From Thermodesulfobacteriota bacterium (GTDB taxonomy: Bacteria > Desulfobacterota > Desulfobulbia > Desulfobulbales > JBFMBH01), in contig JBFMBH010000003.1 in the NCBI GenBank assembly GCA_040755095.1, positions 20,143-84,142 on the forward strand: 64,000 bases of DNA, written 5' to 3'. Below are positions 18,964-28,882 of this stretch, piece after piece (positions within the stretch are counted from its first letter, which is position 1; the number at the start of each line of letters is the position of its first letter). Under the pieces are notes generated by a model. The model made no database searches and was not told the origin of the DNA. It saw only the letters and a list, made by a program, of their open reading frames with translations. The translations under genes were made by a program, and so were the position numbers.

Positions 18964-19428
18964 ATGGCTACAACCAGCGAGGGGGCTTGTTCGTTACTGG
19001 GGTCTGGAGGAATGGTGGTGGCAACCGACGGCTCGGCATGCAGCCAGGCGGCCGTCAACGAGGCGCTCAGTTTGGCGGCAGGCTGCAAGGGCCGGCTGAC
19101 CGTGCTGTCCGTGGTGGAGATCAATGCCGAGTCCGCGGCCCTGGCGCCTCAGTGGATGGCGAAGATGGAGGCCGAGGCCGAGCAGCATCTGAGTGCGGTG
19201 AAGGCCCAGGCGGCGGGGGCAGGGGTGGAGTGCGAAACGGTGCTCGTCCGCAGCGACGAGCCTTACCGGGCCATCGTGGACGAAGCCAGCCAGCGCAAGG
19301 CGGATCTCGTCATCATGGGCAGCCATGGCCGCTCCGGCCTCAGCCGGCTGCTCATGGGCAGCGTCACGGCCCGGGTGGTGGGCCACGCGCCCTGCAAGGT
19401 TCTTATCGTTCCCCATGCCGGCGCCTGA
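18964..19428 (+). CDS. universal stress protein (UspA family)
   Basis: GGAGG Shine-Dalgarno sequence. DLVIMGSHGRSGLSRLLMGSVTARVVGHAPCKVLIV is the Usp ATP-binding tail. Confidence 0.85.
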   Translation: MATTSEGACSLLGSGGMVVATDGSACSQAAVNEALSLAAGCKGRLTVLSVVEINAESAALAPQWMAKMEAEAEQHLSAVKAQAAGAGVECETVLVRSDEPYRAIVDEASQRKADLVIMGSHGRSGLSRLLMGSVTARVVGHAPCKVLIVPHAGA

Positions 19429-19624
19429 CCCGGTCACCGCTCATCCTCGTGGGGCGGCTCGCCCGGAGCTGGTGGTCAGAGTCGAGACCGCTGCTCCAGA
19501 CGGGCCGCCCGTCCGTCCGTCCCCGATCCTCGTAGCTGCCGAGTCCGCTTGGCTGTGCTGCCGGCTCCCGCGGGTGCCGGGGGGCAGCCCGTGGGCCGGC
19601 GCCCTGATCGCCGCTTGACCCTCC

Positions 19625-20770
19625 ATGCCGGGCCGCGCGTCCTATCCGGTGGCCATCGCCACCAGGAACCTGCTGCACGACCGGGTGCGCCTGGCCATCA
19701 CTTTGGTGGGCATCGCCTTCTCGGTGGTCCTCATCCTCATCCAGGTAGGGGTCTACCTGGGCATGATGGCCAACACCGCCAGCATCATCGAGCATGCGGA
19801 CGGCGATATCTGGATCACCGCCCGCAACAACCGCAACTTCGATTTTTCGCTCCCCTTTCCCGAGTACCGGGAGAACAAGGCCAAGGCGGTCCAGGGCGTA
19901 GCCTGGGTCAAGAAGCTCATCCTGGTCTGGTCTCTCATGAAGCTCAAGGAGGGGGGGAGCGAGAACGTGGAGGTGGTGGGCTTCGACCCGGACTCCGGCC
20001 TCGGCGGCCCCTGGGAGATGGTGGCGGGCGAGATCCGGGAGGTGAAGTACCACCGGGGGGTGATCGTCGACGAGTCCAGCTTCTCCAAGCTCGGCGAGAT
20101 GCGTATCGGCGACGACCGGGAGATCCTGGGCCTCCGAGTGCGGGTGGTGGGCATCTGCCGGGGGGCGAAGCGGATCACCACGGCGCCCATTCTCTTCGCT
20201 TCCTACAAGACCGCCCAGCAGCTCAACCCCCGGGCCGAGGAGCGGACCGTCTTCCTGGTGGTGGGGGTGGCCCCAGGCGAGGACACCGCAGCCGTCCGGG
20301 ATCGGCTCCGCCGGGTGATGAGCCTGGAGGACGTTTACACCGCCGGCGAGTTCTCCTGGCTGACCATGAAGTACTGGACCCTCAACACCGGCATGGGGGT
20401 GGGCTTCGGCTTCACCATCCTCATGGGGATCATCGTTGGCACCGTCATCGTCAGCCAGACCATCTACAGCGCCACCATCGAGCACCTGCGGGAGTTCGGC
20501 ACCCTGAAGGCCCTGGGGGCAGCCAACCGGACCGTCTACGGGATCATCGTCCGCCAGGCCTTGTTGAGTGGGCTCTTGGGCTTCGGGATCGGCGTGGCCA
20601 TCAATGCCCTCGTTGCCACCCTTTACCAGCGGACGGGCCTGTTGATCGTCCAGCCCTGGCAGCTCTTTGTCACGGATTTCGCCCTTACCCTGGCCATCTG
20701 CGTCACAGCTTCCCTGATCTCGGTGCGCCGGGCCATGCAGGTGGACCCCATGGAGGTCTTCCGGGCATGA
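19625..20770 (+). CDS. ABC exporter permease, FtsX/MacB/DevC-like
   Basis: N-terminal TM segment, a periplasmic domain of about 220 aa, and a C-terminal FtsX-type 3-TM bundle. Confidence 0.85.
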   Translation: MPGRASYPVAIATRNLLHDRVRLAITLVGIAFSVVLILIQVGVYLGMMANTASIIEHADGDIWITARNNRNFDFSLPFPEYRENKAKAVQGVAWVKKLILVWSLMKLKEGGSENVEVVGFDPDSGLGGPWEMVAGEIREVKYHRGVIVDESSFSKLGEMRIGDDREILGLRVRVVGICRGAKRITTAPILFASYKTAQQLNPRAEERTVFLVVGVAPGEDTAAVRDRLRRVMSLEDVYTAGEFSWLTMKYWTLNTGMGVGFGFTILMGIIVGTVIVSQTIYSATIEHLREFGTLKALGAANRTVYGIIVRQALLSGLLGFGIGVAINALVATLYQRTGLLIVQPWQLFVTDFALTLAICVTASLISVRRAMQVDPMEVFRA

Positions 20771-21456
20771 GCCAGGTGGCCCTGGCCATCGACGCCGTGA
20801 GCAAGGTGTACAACAGCGGCGTCGCCCGGGTGCTGGCGGTGGAGGCCGCCAGCGCCGCCTTTGCCACCGGCTCCATCACCGCGATCATGGGGCCGTCGGG
20901 CAGCGGCAAGACGACGCTCCTGTCCATCCTTGGTCTCATCCTGCGCCCCAGCTCCGGCCGGGTGCAGCTCTTGGGTCAGGATGTCACCGGTTTGGACGAA
21001 GGCCAGCTGCCAGCCTTGCGCCGGACCCACATCGGGTTCATCTTCCAATCCTTCAACCTGTTCTCGGCCCTCAGCGCCCTGGACAATGTCCTGGTCGCCC
21101 TGCAGATCAAGGGCGTCGGCCGCCGGCAGGCCGTGGCCCGGGCCCAGGAGGCCCTGGCCAGGGTGGGGCTGGCGTCCCGGGTGGGCTTTCTGCCCCGGGA
21201 TCTGTCCGGGGGAGAGAAGCAGCGGGTGTCCATCGCCCGGGCCATCGCCGCTGATGCGCCGATCATTCTCGCCGACGAGCCCACCGCCAATCTCGATTCC
21301 CGGACCGGCATGACCATCGTCGATCTGCTCTCCGATCTGGCCCGGGAGCAGGCCAAGACCGTGGTGGTGGTCACCCACGACCTGCGCCTGCAGGAGCACG
21401 TGGATCGCGTCCTTTTCATGGAAGACGGCCTGCTCAAGGAGGGAGCCCATGGTTGA
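20767..21456 (+). CDS. ABC transporter ATP-binding protein (MacB/LolD/DevA-like)
   Basis: GPSGSGKTT Walker A, LSGGEKQRVSIARA signature and ILADEPT Walker B. ATGA overlap with the permease gene. Confidence 0.9.
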   Translation: MSQVALAIDAVSKVYNSGVARVLAVEAASAAFATGSITAIMGPSGSGKTTLLSILGLILRPSSGRVQLLGQDVTGLDEGQLPALRRTHIGFIFQSFNLFSALSALDNVLVALQIKGVGRRQAVARAQEALARVGLASRVGFLPRDLSGGEKQRVSIARAIAADAPIILADEPTANLDSRTGMTIVDLLSDLAREQAKTVVVVTHDLRLQEHVDRVLFMEDGLLKEGAHG

Positions 21457-22465
21457 GCGCCGCTGGTGTCTTCTTGTGGCCACCGTGGCAACCTTCTTCG
21501 GCGCTTGCGGCCAGTCGCCCCAGGAGCAGCCGAACCCGGCCGAGCGGCCGCTCATCACCGCGGTCTATGCTTACGGCATTGTCGAGGCCCGCCGCCACTC
21601 CACCCTGTCGGCCAAGTTTCCGGGCAAGCTGGAGCGCATCCTGGTGGCAGAAGGGGAGCCGGTGGCGGAGGGCCAGGTGCTGGCGGTGTTCGAGGCCCGG
21701 GAGCTCCAGGCCGCCGCCGCCTCCGCCGAGGCGGCCGTGAAGGTGGTCGAGGCCCAGCTGGCTGAGGCCCGGGCTGGCGCCCGAGCCCAGGAGCTGATCC
21801 TGGCCCGGGAGCGCCTGCGGGAAACGGAGGCTGTGCTGGCCAAGGCGGAGCTGGACTGGACCCGGGCGCAAGGGTTGCATCACCGGGAGGCTATGGCTGA
21901 CGAGGCCTGGGAGACGGCTCGCCTCGGCCGGCAGCGGGCCGAGGCCGGCCGCAATGCCGCCCGGGCCGCCCTGGCCCTGCTGGAGGAGGGGACCAGACCG
22001 GAAGCCCTGGCGGTGCTCGAGCGGCAGCTGGCGGCAGCCCAGGCCCGGTTGCAGGAGGCCCGCACCGCCCTGGGCAACGCCCGCCTGACGGCGCCGTTTG
22101 CCGGCATCGTCACCCGCAAGCACCGGGAGGAAGGGGAGGCCATGGACATCGGTCTGCCGGTCCTGGATGTAGCCACTGTGGGCGACCGCTACATCCGGGC
22201 CGAGGTGGACGAGACCGACATCGGCCGGCTGCGGCTGGAACAGCCGGTGCACGTGAGCGCCGACGGCTTCCCCGGCCTGGAGCTGGCCGGCACGGTGCGA
22301 AAGATCCAGTCCCAGATGGGCGCCAAGCGCCTCATCCCCACCGATCCGGCCAAGATCGTCGACTACAAGGTCCTGGAGGTGGAGATCTCCCTCCCCGCCG
22401 ACTGCCCCTATCCCCTCAAGCTGCCGGTCAACGTCCGCATCAGCCTGGAGCCGCCGCCCAGGTAA
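21449..22465 (+). CDS. HlyD-family periplasmic adaptor lipoprotein
   Basis: Lipobox FFGAC, a long coiled-coil (AQLAEARAGA...), and beta-barrel motifs (LTAPFAGIVT; VDETDIGRL). Confidence 0.8.
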   Translation: MVERRWCLLVATVATFFGACGQSPQEQPNPAERPLITAVYAYGIVEARRHSTLSAKFPGKLERILVAEGEPVAEGQVLAVFEARELQAAAASAEAAVKVVEAQLAEARAGARAQELILARERLRETEAVLAKAELDWTRAQGLHHREAMADEAWETARLGRQRAEAGRNAARAALALLEEGTRPEALAVLERQLAAAQARLQEARTALGNARLTAPFAGIVTRKHREEGEAMDIGLPVLDVATVGDRYIRAEVDETDIGRLRLEQPVHVSADGFPGLELAGTVRKIQSQMGAKRLIPTDPAKIVDYKVLEVEISLPADCPYPLKLPVNVRISLEPPPR

Positions 22466-22701
22466 GAGGGTATCAGGGGCCCGCAGGGCACCTTGCCGGG
22501 ACGCGAAGTGCTGGGCAGGAGGGGAGCGTGATTTTCCGATCGCCGGATTTCCCTCTGGACGGCAAAGATTCCTCCTGTCGGGTCCGCGCCAGCTCGGCAC
22601 GAGCACAGTGGTCCTCCAGGCCCTTGTGCCACGGCCAAGGCGGGAAACGGTGGGGACCGCAGCCGGTGGAGCGGGCGGGGCTACCGTTGGCGGGAATTCC
22701 T

Positions 22702-22731
22702 TTGACGTGCTTTCTCTCTGGCCATTATAGT
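22702..22731 (+). promoter_or_regulatory. sigma70-like promoter of the phd-relE pair
   Basis: TTGACG-18 nt-TATAGT, 67 nt upstream of ATG 22798, in a locally AT-richer patch. Confidence 0.45.
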
Positions 22732-22797
22732 GGTCATGAAAATGCCTCAGTCGCTTCGAGGCGCTGCTGTGGGAGAAACCGTCAGCGAGGTGTGGCC

Positions 22798-23061
22798 ATG
22801 CAGACCATTCAGGAATTCGTTCCCGTGACCCAGGCCAAGACAAGGCTGTTGGACATGATCAGGGCGATTCGTGACTCCGACGACGCCATTGCCATCACCA
22901 GGAATGGGGTGCCAGCCGCGGTCTTGATCAGCATGGACAAGTTCGAGGGGCTCCTGGAAACCATCGAGATCCTGGCCGACGACCAGGCACGGGAAGAATT
23001 GCGGCGATCCCGCGAGGACGCTCGACAGGGGCGCCTCGTGGATATGGAGGATGTCCTCTGA
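22798..23061 (+). CDS. Phd/YefM family antitoxin
   Basis: VPVTQAKTRLLDMIRAI...AIAITRNGVPAAVLISMDKFEGLLETIEIL. Confidence 0.85.
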   Translation: MQTIQEFVPVTQAKTRLLDMIRAIRDSDDAIAITRNGVPAAVLISMDKFEGLLETIEILADDQAREELRRSREDARQGRLVDMEDVL

Positions 23062-23351
23062 TGCCCTATCGCGTCCGCCTTACGGAAACGGTCCGGGCAG
23101 CGGTCGCGCATTTTCATCCGGAGTTGAAGGAACTTACCAGGAGGGCACTGGCGGAGCTGGCCGAAAATCCTCTTCTCGGTAAGGAGCTGCAAGAGGAACT
23201 GGCAGGCTACTTTTCCTACCGGTTCAAAAGGTACCGGGTGATTTACACCGTGGATGACGGGGACGGAACCGTTGTCGTCCATCTGGTCTGGCATCGCCGA
23301 AACGTCTACGAACTCTTGGAGCGTATCGCCCGCCCCGAGGGGCGGACATGA
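23061..23351 (+). CDS. RelE/ParE family toxin
   Basis: 1-nt overlap (TGATG) with the antitoxin gene. 96 aa. YRFKRYRVIYTVDDGDGTVVVHLVWHRRNVY is typical of RelE/ParE. Confidence 0.8.
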   Translation: MPYRVRLTETVRAAVAHFHPELKELTRRALAELAENPLLGKELQEELAGYFSYRFKRYRVIYTVDDGDGTVVVHLVWHRRNVYELLERIARPEGRT

Positions 23352-23561
23352 GGGCGCCCTGCGGCAAAGGGGGGTACGGCGTGCGGGGCGCCGGTGTTCC
23401 ATGGTCAGCCGGGACAGGGATCCTCACCGTGTGCTCCCGTGACCCGGAGAACACATGCTTGCCGTCGGTCGCGAAGCCGATGCTCGCAACCGGGGGCAGA
23501 TCCCCTGCTCAATCATTTTGCTCCTTGCGCTATACAAAATGACATGTCGCGCTGTTGTGCG

Positions 23562-23770
23562 ATGTATATCGCAAGACAGCTTGAGCAAGAAGTCCGGGCA
23601 TCGCTGGCGAGCGGGAAGGTGACTCTCGTCCTGGGGGCACGCCAGGTTGGGAAGACCACCCTGGTCGAGGAGACCTTGCGGGGCGAGAACGTCAAGTTTC
23701 TCAACTTCGACGTGGAGATCGACAAGGCCCGTTTTCTGGCCGCGGCATCCCTGGCACCGGCCGAGGCGCC
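23562..23770 (+). pseudogene. N-terminal stub of an AAA-family ATPase (DUF4143-type ATP-binding protein)
   Basis: MYIARQLEQEVRASLASGKVTLVLGARQVGKTTLVEE has a Walker A motif. Similarity is then lost into a Pro/Arg/Ala-rich read-through, whereas full-length relatives are about 400 aa. Confidence 0.5.
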
Positions 23771-23972
23771 CCCCGGAACCGGTGGCCGGACGGCGTGTCG
23801 TCCACGGCGGCCCCGAAGGAAGGCCAGCGCCAGCAGCCGGGCCGGCGGCAGGCCTGGCTGCAAATCTCGCCCCGCCGCCCCGGTGAAATGGTGTTGTAGC
23901 CCCTGGGCAAATCGGCTATGAATAGGCCTCCCGACCCTTCCCCCAGTCCCATCTCGCCACCAGGAGGCAGCC

Positions 23973-25988
23973 ATGAGCACGGCGCACCCGTCCCCGGAAC
24001 TCGTCCAAGAGGCCGTCAACACCATCCGCTTCCTGGCCGTGGATGCGGTGGAGAAGGCCAAGTCCGGCCATCCTGGCATGCCCATGGGCGCGGCCGCCAT
24101 GGCCTATACCCTGTGGCACCGCTTCCTGCGTCACAACCCGGCGGATCCCGCCTGGCCGAACCGGGACCGCTTCGTGCTCTCGGCCGGGCATGGCTCCATG
24201 CTTCTCTATAGCCTCCTGCATCTCACCGGCTACGACCTGTCCCGGGAGGACTTGGCCGCCTTCCGGCAATGGGGCAGCAAGACCCCGGGACATCCTGAGC
24301 ACGGCCATACCCCCGGCGTCGAGACCACCACCGGCCCCCTGGGCCAGGGCCTGGCCACGGCCGTGGGCATGGCCATGGGCCGCCAGTATCTGAACCGCCT
24401 TTTTGCCACGGCCGGCGGGCCGCTCTTCGACTACCGGATCTTCGGTATTGTGGGGGACGGGGATCTCATGGAGGGGGTGGCCTCCGAGGCCGCCTCCCTG
24501 GCCGGTCACCTGGGCCTGGATGCCCTGTGCTTCCTGTATGACGACAACCGGATCACCATCGAGGGCGGCACCGATCTGGCCTTCAGCGAGGATGTGCGGG
24601 CCCGTTTCCTCGCTTACGGCTGGCAGGTGGAGACGGTGGCGGACGGCAACGATGTGGAGGAGGTGGCCGCGGCCCTGACCAGGGTGCTGGCCAGCCCGGG
24701 CAAGCCATCCCTGGTCATGGTGCGCACCCATATCGGCTTTGGCTCGCCAGCCAGGATGGATTCCCCTGACGCCCATGGCGCGCCCCTGGGGCCGGAAGAG
24801 AGCCGCCGCACCAAGGAGGCCCTGGGCTGGCCCCTGGAGCCGACCTTTCTGGTGCCAGCGGCGGTGGCTGCCCACCTGGGGCAGGCCCGGGAGAATGGCC
24901 AGCGCTGGCAGGCCCAGTGGCAGGAGCGGCTTGCCGCCGTGCTGGCCGCCGATGCCGAGGCCGCCGCCCTCTGGCAGCGGCTTATGGCCGGTGAGCTGCC
25001 GGCTGGCTGGGAGGCCAGGCTGCCGGATTTCGCCGGCGTCGCCAAGCTGGCCACCCGCCAGGCCTCCGGCCAGGTGATCAATGCCCTGGCCCCGGTGCTG
25101 CCGGAGCTTCTGGGCGGCTCCGCCGATCTGGCCCCGTCCAACAACACCGCTATCAAGGGGGGGGGGGATTTCACCCGCACCGCGGCCGGCCGGGTGCTGC
25201 GCTTCGGCGTCCGGGAGCATGCCATGGCCGCCTGCCTCAACGGCCTGGCCCTGTCCGGCCTGCTCATTCCCTTTGGCGGCACCTTTTTGGTTTTTTCGGA
25301 CTACATGAAGCCGGCTATGCGCCTGTCGGCCCTGATGGGGCAGCGGGTGATCTACATCCTTACCCATGATTCCATCGGTCTGGGGGAGGATGGCCCGACC
25401 CACCAGCCCATCGGCCAGCTGGCCGCGCTGCGCGCTATGCCCAATCTGGTGGTGATCCGGCCGGCGGATGCCCGGGAGACGGCGGCGGCCTGGCGGGTAG
25501 CCCTCGGCCGGCGGCAGGGGCCCACGGCCCTCATCCTCTCCCGGCAGGCCTTGCCGGTGCTGGACGGGACCAGCTATCCGGCCGCCGGGGCCGTGGAGCG
25601 GGGCGCATACATCCTGGCCGAGGCTGGAAGCGGCAGCCCGGCTCTTATCCTCCTGGCCACCGGCAGCGAGGTGGCTCTGGCCCTGGAAGCGCGCAGCGTC
25701 CTGGAAGGGGAGGGGGTCCCCACCCGGGTGGTCTCCATGCCCTCCTGGGAGCTTTTTGATGCCCAGCCGCCGGACTACCGGCAGGCGGTGCTGCCGCCCG
25801 CGGTGCGCAGCCGGCTGGCGGTGGAAGCGGCATCGACCCTGGGCTGGGAGCGCTACGTCGGCCTGGACGGCGCGGTCCTGGGCATGACCACCTTCGGGGC
25901 CTCGGCGCCCGGGCCGGTGCTCCTGGAGCGGTTCGGGCTTACGGTGGCCGGGGTGGTGGCCCGGGCGAAATCCGTTCTCCAGGGCTAG
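23973..25988 (+). CDS. tkt: transketolase
   Basis: [20 protein letters not shown] and [16 protein letters not shown]. 671 aa. Confidence 0.97.
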   Translation: MSTAHPSPELVQEAVNTIRFLAVDAVEKAKSGHPGMPMGAAAMAYTLWHRFLRHNPADPAWPNRDRFVLSAGHGSMLLYSLLHLTGYDLSREDLAAFRQWGSKTPGHPEHGHTPGVETTTGPLGQGLATAVGMAMGRQYLNRLFATAGGPLFDYRIFGIVGDGDLMEGVASEAASLAGHLGLDALCFLYDDNRITIEGGTDLAFSEDVRARFLAYGWQVETVADGNDVEEVAAALTRVLASPGKPSLVMVRTHIGFGSPARMDSPDAHGAPLGPEESRRTKEALGWPLEPTFLVPAAVAAHLGQARENGQRWQAQWQERLAAVLAADAEAAALWQRLMAGELPAGWEARLPDFAGVAKLATRQASGQVINALAPVLPELLGGSADLAPSNNTAIKGGGDFTRTAAGRVLRFGVREHAMAACLNGLALSGLLIPFGGTFLVFSDYMKPAMRLSALMGQRVIYILTHDSIGLGEDGPTHQPIGQLAALRAMPNLVVIRPADARETAAAWRVALGRRQGPTALILSRQALPVLDGTSYPAAGAVERGAYILAEAGSGSPALILLATGSEVALALEARSVLEGEGVPTRVVSMPSWELFDAQPPDYRQAVLPPAVRSRLAVEAASTLGWERYVGLDGAVLGMTTFGASAPGPVLLERFGLTVAGVVARAKSVLQG

Positions 25989-26191
25989 CCCCGGCGCCGC
26001 GGCCCGTTGCCAGCGGCCACGGCATGTGAAGAGGCCCGGCCAGCTGGGGTTCAAAATGGGAAAAAAATTCAAACGGATAGCTCACAAGAGCTGCCTTGAC
26101 ACCGGTCGGGGAAAGCTGCTAGCGTAGGAAAAATGACGACCAAGAGGCCATCGAGGACGGATCCCAGCCAACGCGCCACCTCGGATCGTCG

Positions 26192-27022
26192 ATGCCCAGA
26201 CCCGCATCTTCCCCGGCCGCCGCCTCTGCTGGCCAGCGCCGGATTGTTTTTGCCAATCGCAAGGGAGGCAGCGGCAAGACCGCAACCGCGGTCAACGTGG
26301 CTGCTGGCCTGTCCCGGCTGGGCCACCGGGTGCTCCTGGTGGATTGCGATCCCCAGGCCCACGCCAGCCTGTCCCTGGGCTGGTCTCCCTTCGGCCGCCA
26401 TCCCACCCTCTACGATCTTCTGACCGATCCGGACCTGCCCCTGGCGCAGGTGCTGAAGCCCTCGGCCGAGGCGCCCCAGCATCTGGTCATCCTGCCCGCC
26501 TCCAGCCAGCTGGCCGGGCTGGAGGTGGAAGGCGGCTCGGCGCCGGAGTGGCGCTCCCGCCTCGCCACGCTGCTCATGGCCAGCCGCGAGACCGCCGCTT
26601 TCGACTATCTCCTGCTGGACGTGCCGCCTACGGTGGGGCTGTTCACGATCATGGCCATGCTGGTGGCCCGGGAGGCGGTGATTCCGGTCCAGGCCCATTT
26701 TCTGGCCCTGGAGGGCCTGGCGGAGATGGTGCGCTTCGTCTACCAGATCAACGCCAGCGTCAATCCGGACCTCGTCATCTCCGGTATCCTACCTACCTTC
26801 TATGTGGGCAGCACCCGGCTGGCCCGCAAGGTGGTAGCCGAGCTGAAGGCCAACTTCGGCTCCGGACTGGTGATGCCCGCCATCCACCAGAACGTGCAGC
26901 TGGCCGAGGCACCCAGCTTCGGCCAGTCCATCTTCCGCTATGCCCCCCGCTCGGCCGGTGCCCGGGACTACCAGGCGGCGGTGAGCTGGCTGGCGACCGG
27001 GCCGGGCCGGAGGCCGGCATGA
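26192..27022 (+). CDS. ParA/MinD-family ATPase heading the chemosensory operon
   Basis: Deviant Walker A NRKGGSGKTATAVN, LLVDCDPQAHAS and LLLDVPP. Confidence 0.85.
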   Translation: MPRPASSPAAASAGQRRIVFANRKGGSGKTATAVNVAAGLSRLGHRVLLVDCDPQAHASLSLGWSPFGRHPTLYDLLTDPDLPLAQVLKPSAEAPQHLVILPASSQLAGLEVEGGSAPEWRSRLATLLMASRETAAFDYLLLDVPPTVGLFTIMAMLVAREAVIPVQAHFLALEGLAEMVRFVYQINASVNPDLVISGILPTFYVGSTRLARKVVAELKANFGSGLVMPAIHQNVQLAEAPSFGQSIFRYAPRSAGARDYQAAVSWLATGPGRRPA

Positions 27023-27402
27023 AGGGCGCCGGCGGCCAGCAACCCCGGGGGGGAGAGCGCCGGGGGGATGCCCTGGGCGTCAGCCTCGCGGAGCTGTTGC
27101 GGCAGAAGCATGCCGGCCCGTTGCCCGGGCAGGAGGAGCCGGCCGCTCGCTTTCTGGCCGCCGGGATCGAATCGCTGCGTGTCGCTGATCCCTTTGCCGC
27201 CTTGAAGCCCCTGTTTGCGGCCCTGGCCCTGGATCCCGGCCTGGCCAAGGCGGCCAACAACCTGGCCGTGGCCTTCTGGCAGCTGGGCTGTCCGGATCTG
27301 GCCCGGACCTGCGCCCGGGAGGCCCTGCGTATCGATCCCGACAACCGGCGGGCCAAGGCGCATCTGGCCTTTCTGACTGCAGAGGATGCGGCCGATGACT
27401 GA
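27019..27402 (+). CDS. TPR-like helical protein
   Basis: ATGA overlap with the parA-like stop. AANNLAVAFWQLGCPDLARTCAREALRIDPDNRRAKAHL is a TPR-type repeat. Confidence 0.45.
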   Translation: MKGAGGQQPRGGERRGDALGVSLAELLRQKHAGPLPGQEEPAARFLAAGIESLRVADPFAALKPLFAALALDPGLAKAANNLAVAFWQLGCPDLARTCAREALRIDPDNRRAKAHLAFLTAEDAADD

Positions 27403-28882
27403 GCAGGAGGCGACCCCGATCATCGGCATCGATCTGGGCACCACCAACAGCCTGGTGGCGGTGCCCAGCCGCCAGGGGCCGGTGATCGTCGCCAATGAGC
27501 GGGGTGAGCGCATGACGCCGTCGGTGGTGGCGGTGCACCCCGGTCAGGTCCTGGTGGGGGAGCTGGCTCGCTCCCAGGCGGTACTCAACCACGCGGTCAC
27601 CGTCACCCTGGCCAAGCGCGCCATGGGCAGCCGGCAGATCTGGCGGCTCCAGGATGAGGACTGGACGCCGGAGCGGGTCTCGGCCGCCATTCTGACCTCC
27701 CTGCGCCGCACCGCCGAGGACTATCTCGGCGTACCGGTGCGCGAGGCGGTGATCACCGTGCCGGCCTATTTCAACGACCGGCAGCGGCAGGCCACCTTGC
27801 AAGCCGGCGAGGCGGCAGGCCTTACGGTGGTGAAGCTCATGAACGAGCCCACCGCCGCGGCCCTGATGTATGGCCTGGAGCACGGTGCGGATGACCGGCT
27901 TCTGGTCTTCGACCTGGGCGGTGGCACCCTGGACATCACCCTGATCGAGATCCGGGAACACGCCTTCGTCGTCCGCCAGGTGGGCGGGGCCACCGACCTG
28001 GGGGGCAGCGACTTCGACGCCCTGCTGGTGGAGGAGCTGCGCGAGGTCTTCCGGCAGGAGCATGGCCTCGATCTGGCTGCCGATCCGGTGGCTCGCCAGC
28101 AACTGGTCCTGCAGGCGGAGCGGGCGAAGCGGGATCTGTCCTCCGCGCTGGAGGCCCGGGTGATGATCCCCTACGTGACCATCACTCCCGCGGGCCCGCT
28201 GCACCTCGATCTGCCCCTGACCCGGGCCCGGGCCGAGCTGCTGTTCACCCCGCTGCTGGACCGGATACGCGCCATCCTCGCCGAAACCCTGGCTGCCGCC
28301 GGGGTGGCCGCCGGCTGGGTCAACACCGTGATCATGGTGGGCGGGGCCAGCCGGATGCCCTGCGTGCGCCGGCTGCTGACCGAGCTCCTGCCGCCTGCGG
28401 TGACGGTGCGCCAGGACCTCAATCCCGAGGAGATCGTCGCCCTGGGGGCCGGACTTCTGGCCGGGGTGCTGGCTGGCACCTACCCGGAGATCCCTTTCCG
28501 GGACGTCACCGCCCATGATCTGGGCATCGAGGACGATGCCGGCGAGCTGGTGACCCTGATCCCCCGAGGCACCGCCTACCCGGTGGAGCGGCTGCGGGTC
28601 TTCACCACCACCCGCGACCACGAGACCGCGGTCACCATCCATGTCCTGGAGCGGGGCGAGCCCGGTGCCGAGCCGGTCACCCTGGCCTGGTTCGGCCTGG
28701 AGAGCCTGCCGCCCGCCCAGGCCGGCACCCTGGACATCGGTGTCACCTTTGCGATCGACGGGCACGGCATCCTGCGGGTGCGGGCCGTGGAGGAGACAAG
28801 CGGCGTCCGGGCCGAGATCCAGGTCAGCCGCTACGGAGCAGGACGAGCGTACGAGGAGCGCGAGATGATGCAGGAGGCGTGA
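27386..28882 (+). CDS. Hsp70-family ATPase lacking the C-terminal helical lid
   Basis: [30 protein letters not shown] and MVGGASRMP, plus a beta-sandwich segment, ending at 498 aa. The start may instead be ATG 27395, which has an AGAGGA Shine-Dalgarno sequence. Confidence 0.85.
   Translation: MRPMTEQEATPIIGIDLGTTNSLVAVPSRQGPVIVANERGERMTPSVVAVHPGQVLVGELARSQAVLNHAVTVTLAKRAMGSRQIWRLQDEDWTPERVSAAILTSLRRTAEDYLGVPVREAVITVPAYFNDRQRQATLQAGEAAGLTVVKLMNEPTAAALMYGLEHGADDRLLVFDLGGGTLDITLIEIREHAFVVRQVGGATDLGGSDFDALLVEELREVFRQEHGLDLAADPVARQQLVLQAERAKRDLSSALEARVMIPYVTITPAGPLHLDLPLTRARAELLFTPLLDRIRAILAETLAAAGVAAGWVNTVIMVGGASRMPCVRRLLTELLPPAVTVRQDLNPEEIVALGAGLLAGVLAGTYPEIPFRDVTAHDLGIEDDAGELVTLIPRGTAYPVERLRVFTTTRDHETAVTIHVLERGEPGAEPVTLAWFGLESLPPAQAGTLDIGVTFAIDGHGILRVRAVEETSGVRAEIQVSRYGAGRAYEEREMMQEA

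Noticed and set aside
26082-26190. Promoter call for the chemosensory operon (TTGACA at about 26094 followed by TAGCGT).
   Set aside because: The -10 match is poor and the spacing is ambiguous. A promoter probably lies in this gap, but I cannot place it from sequence alone.
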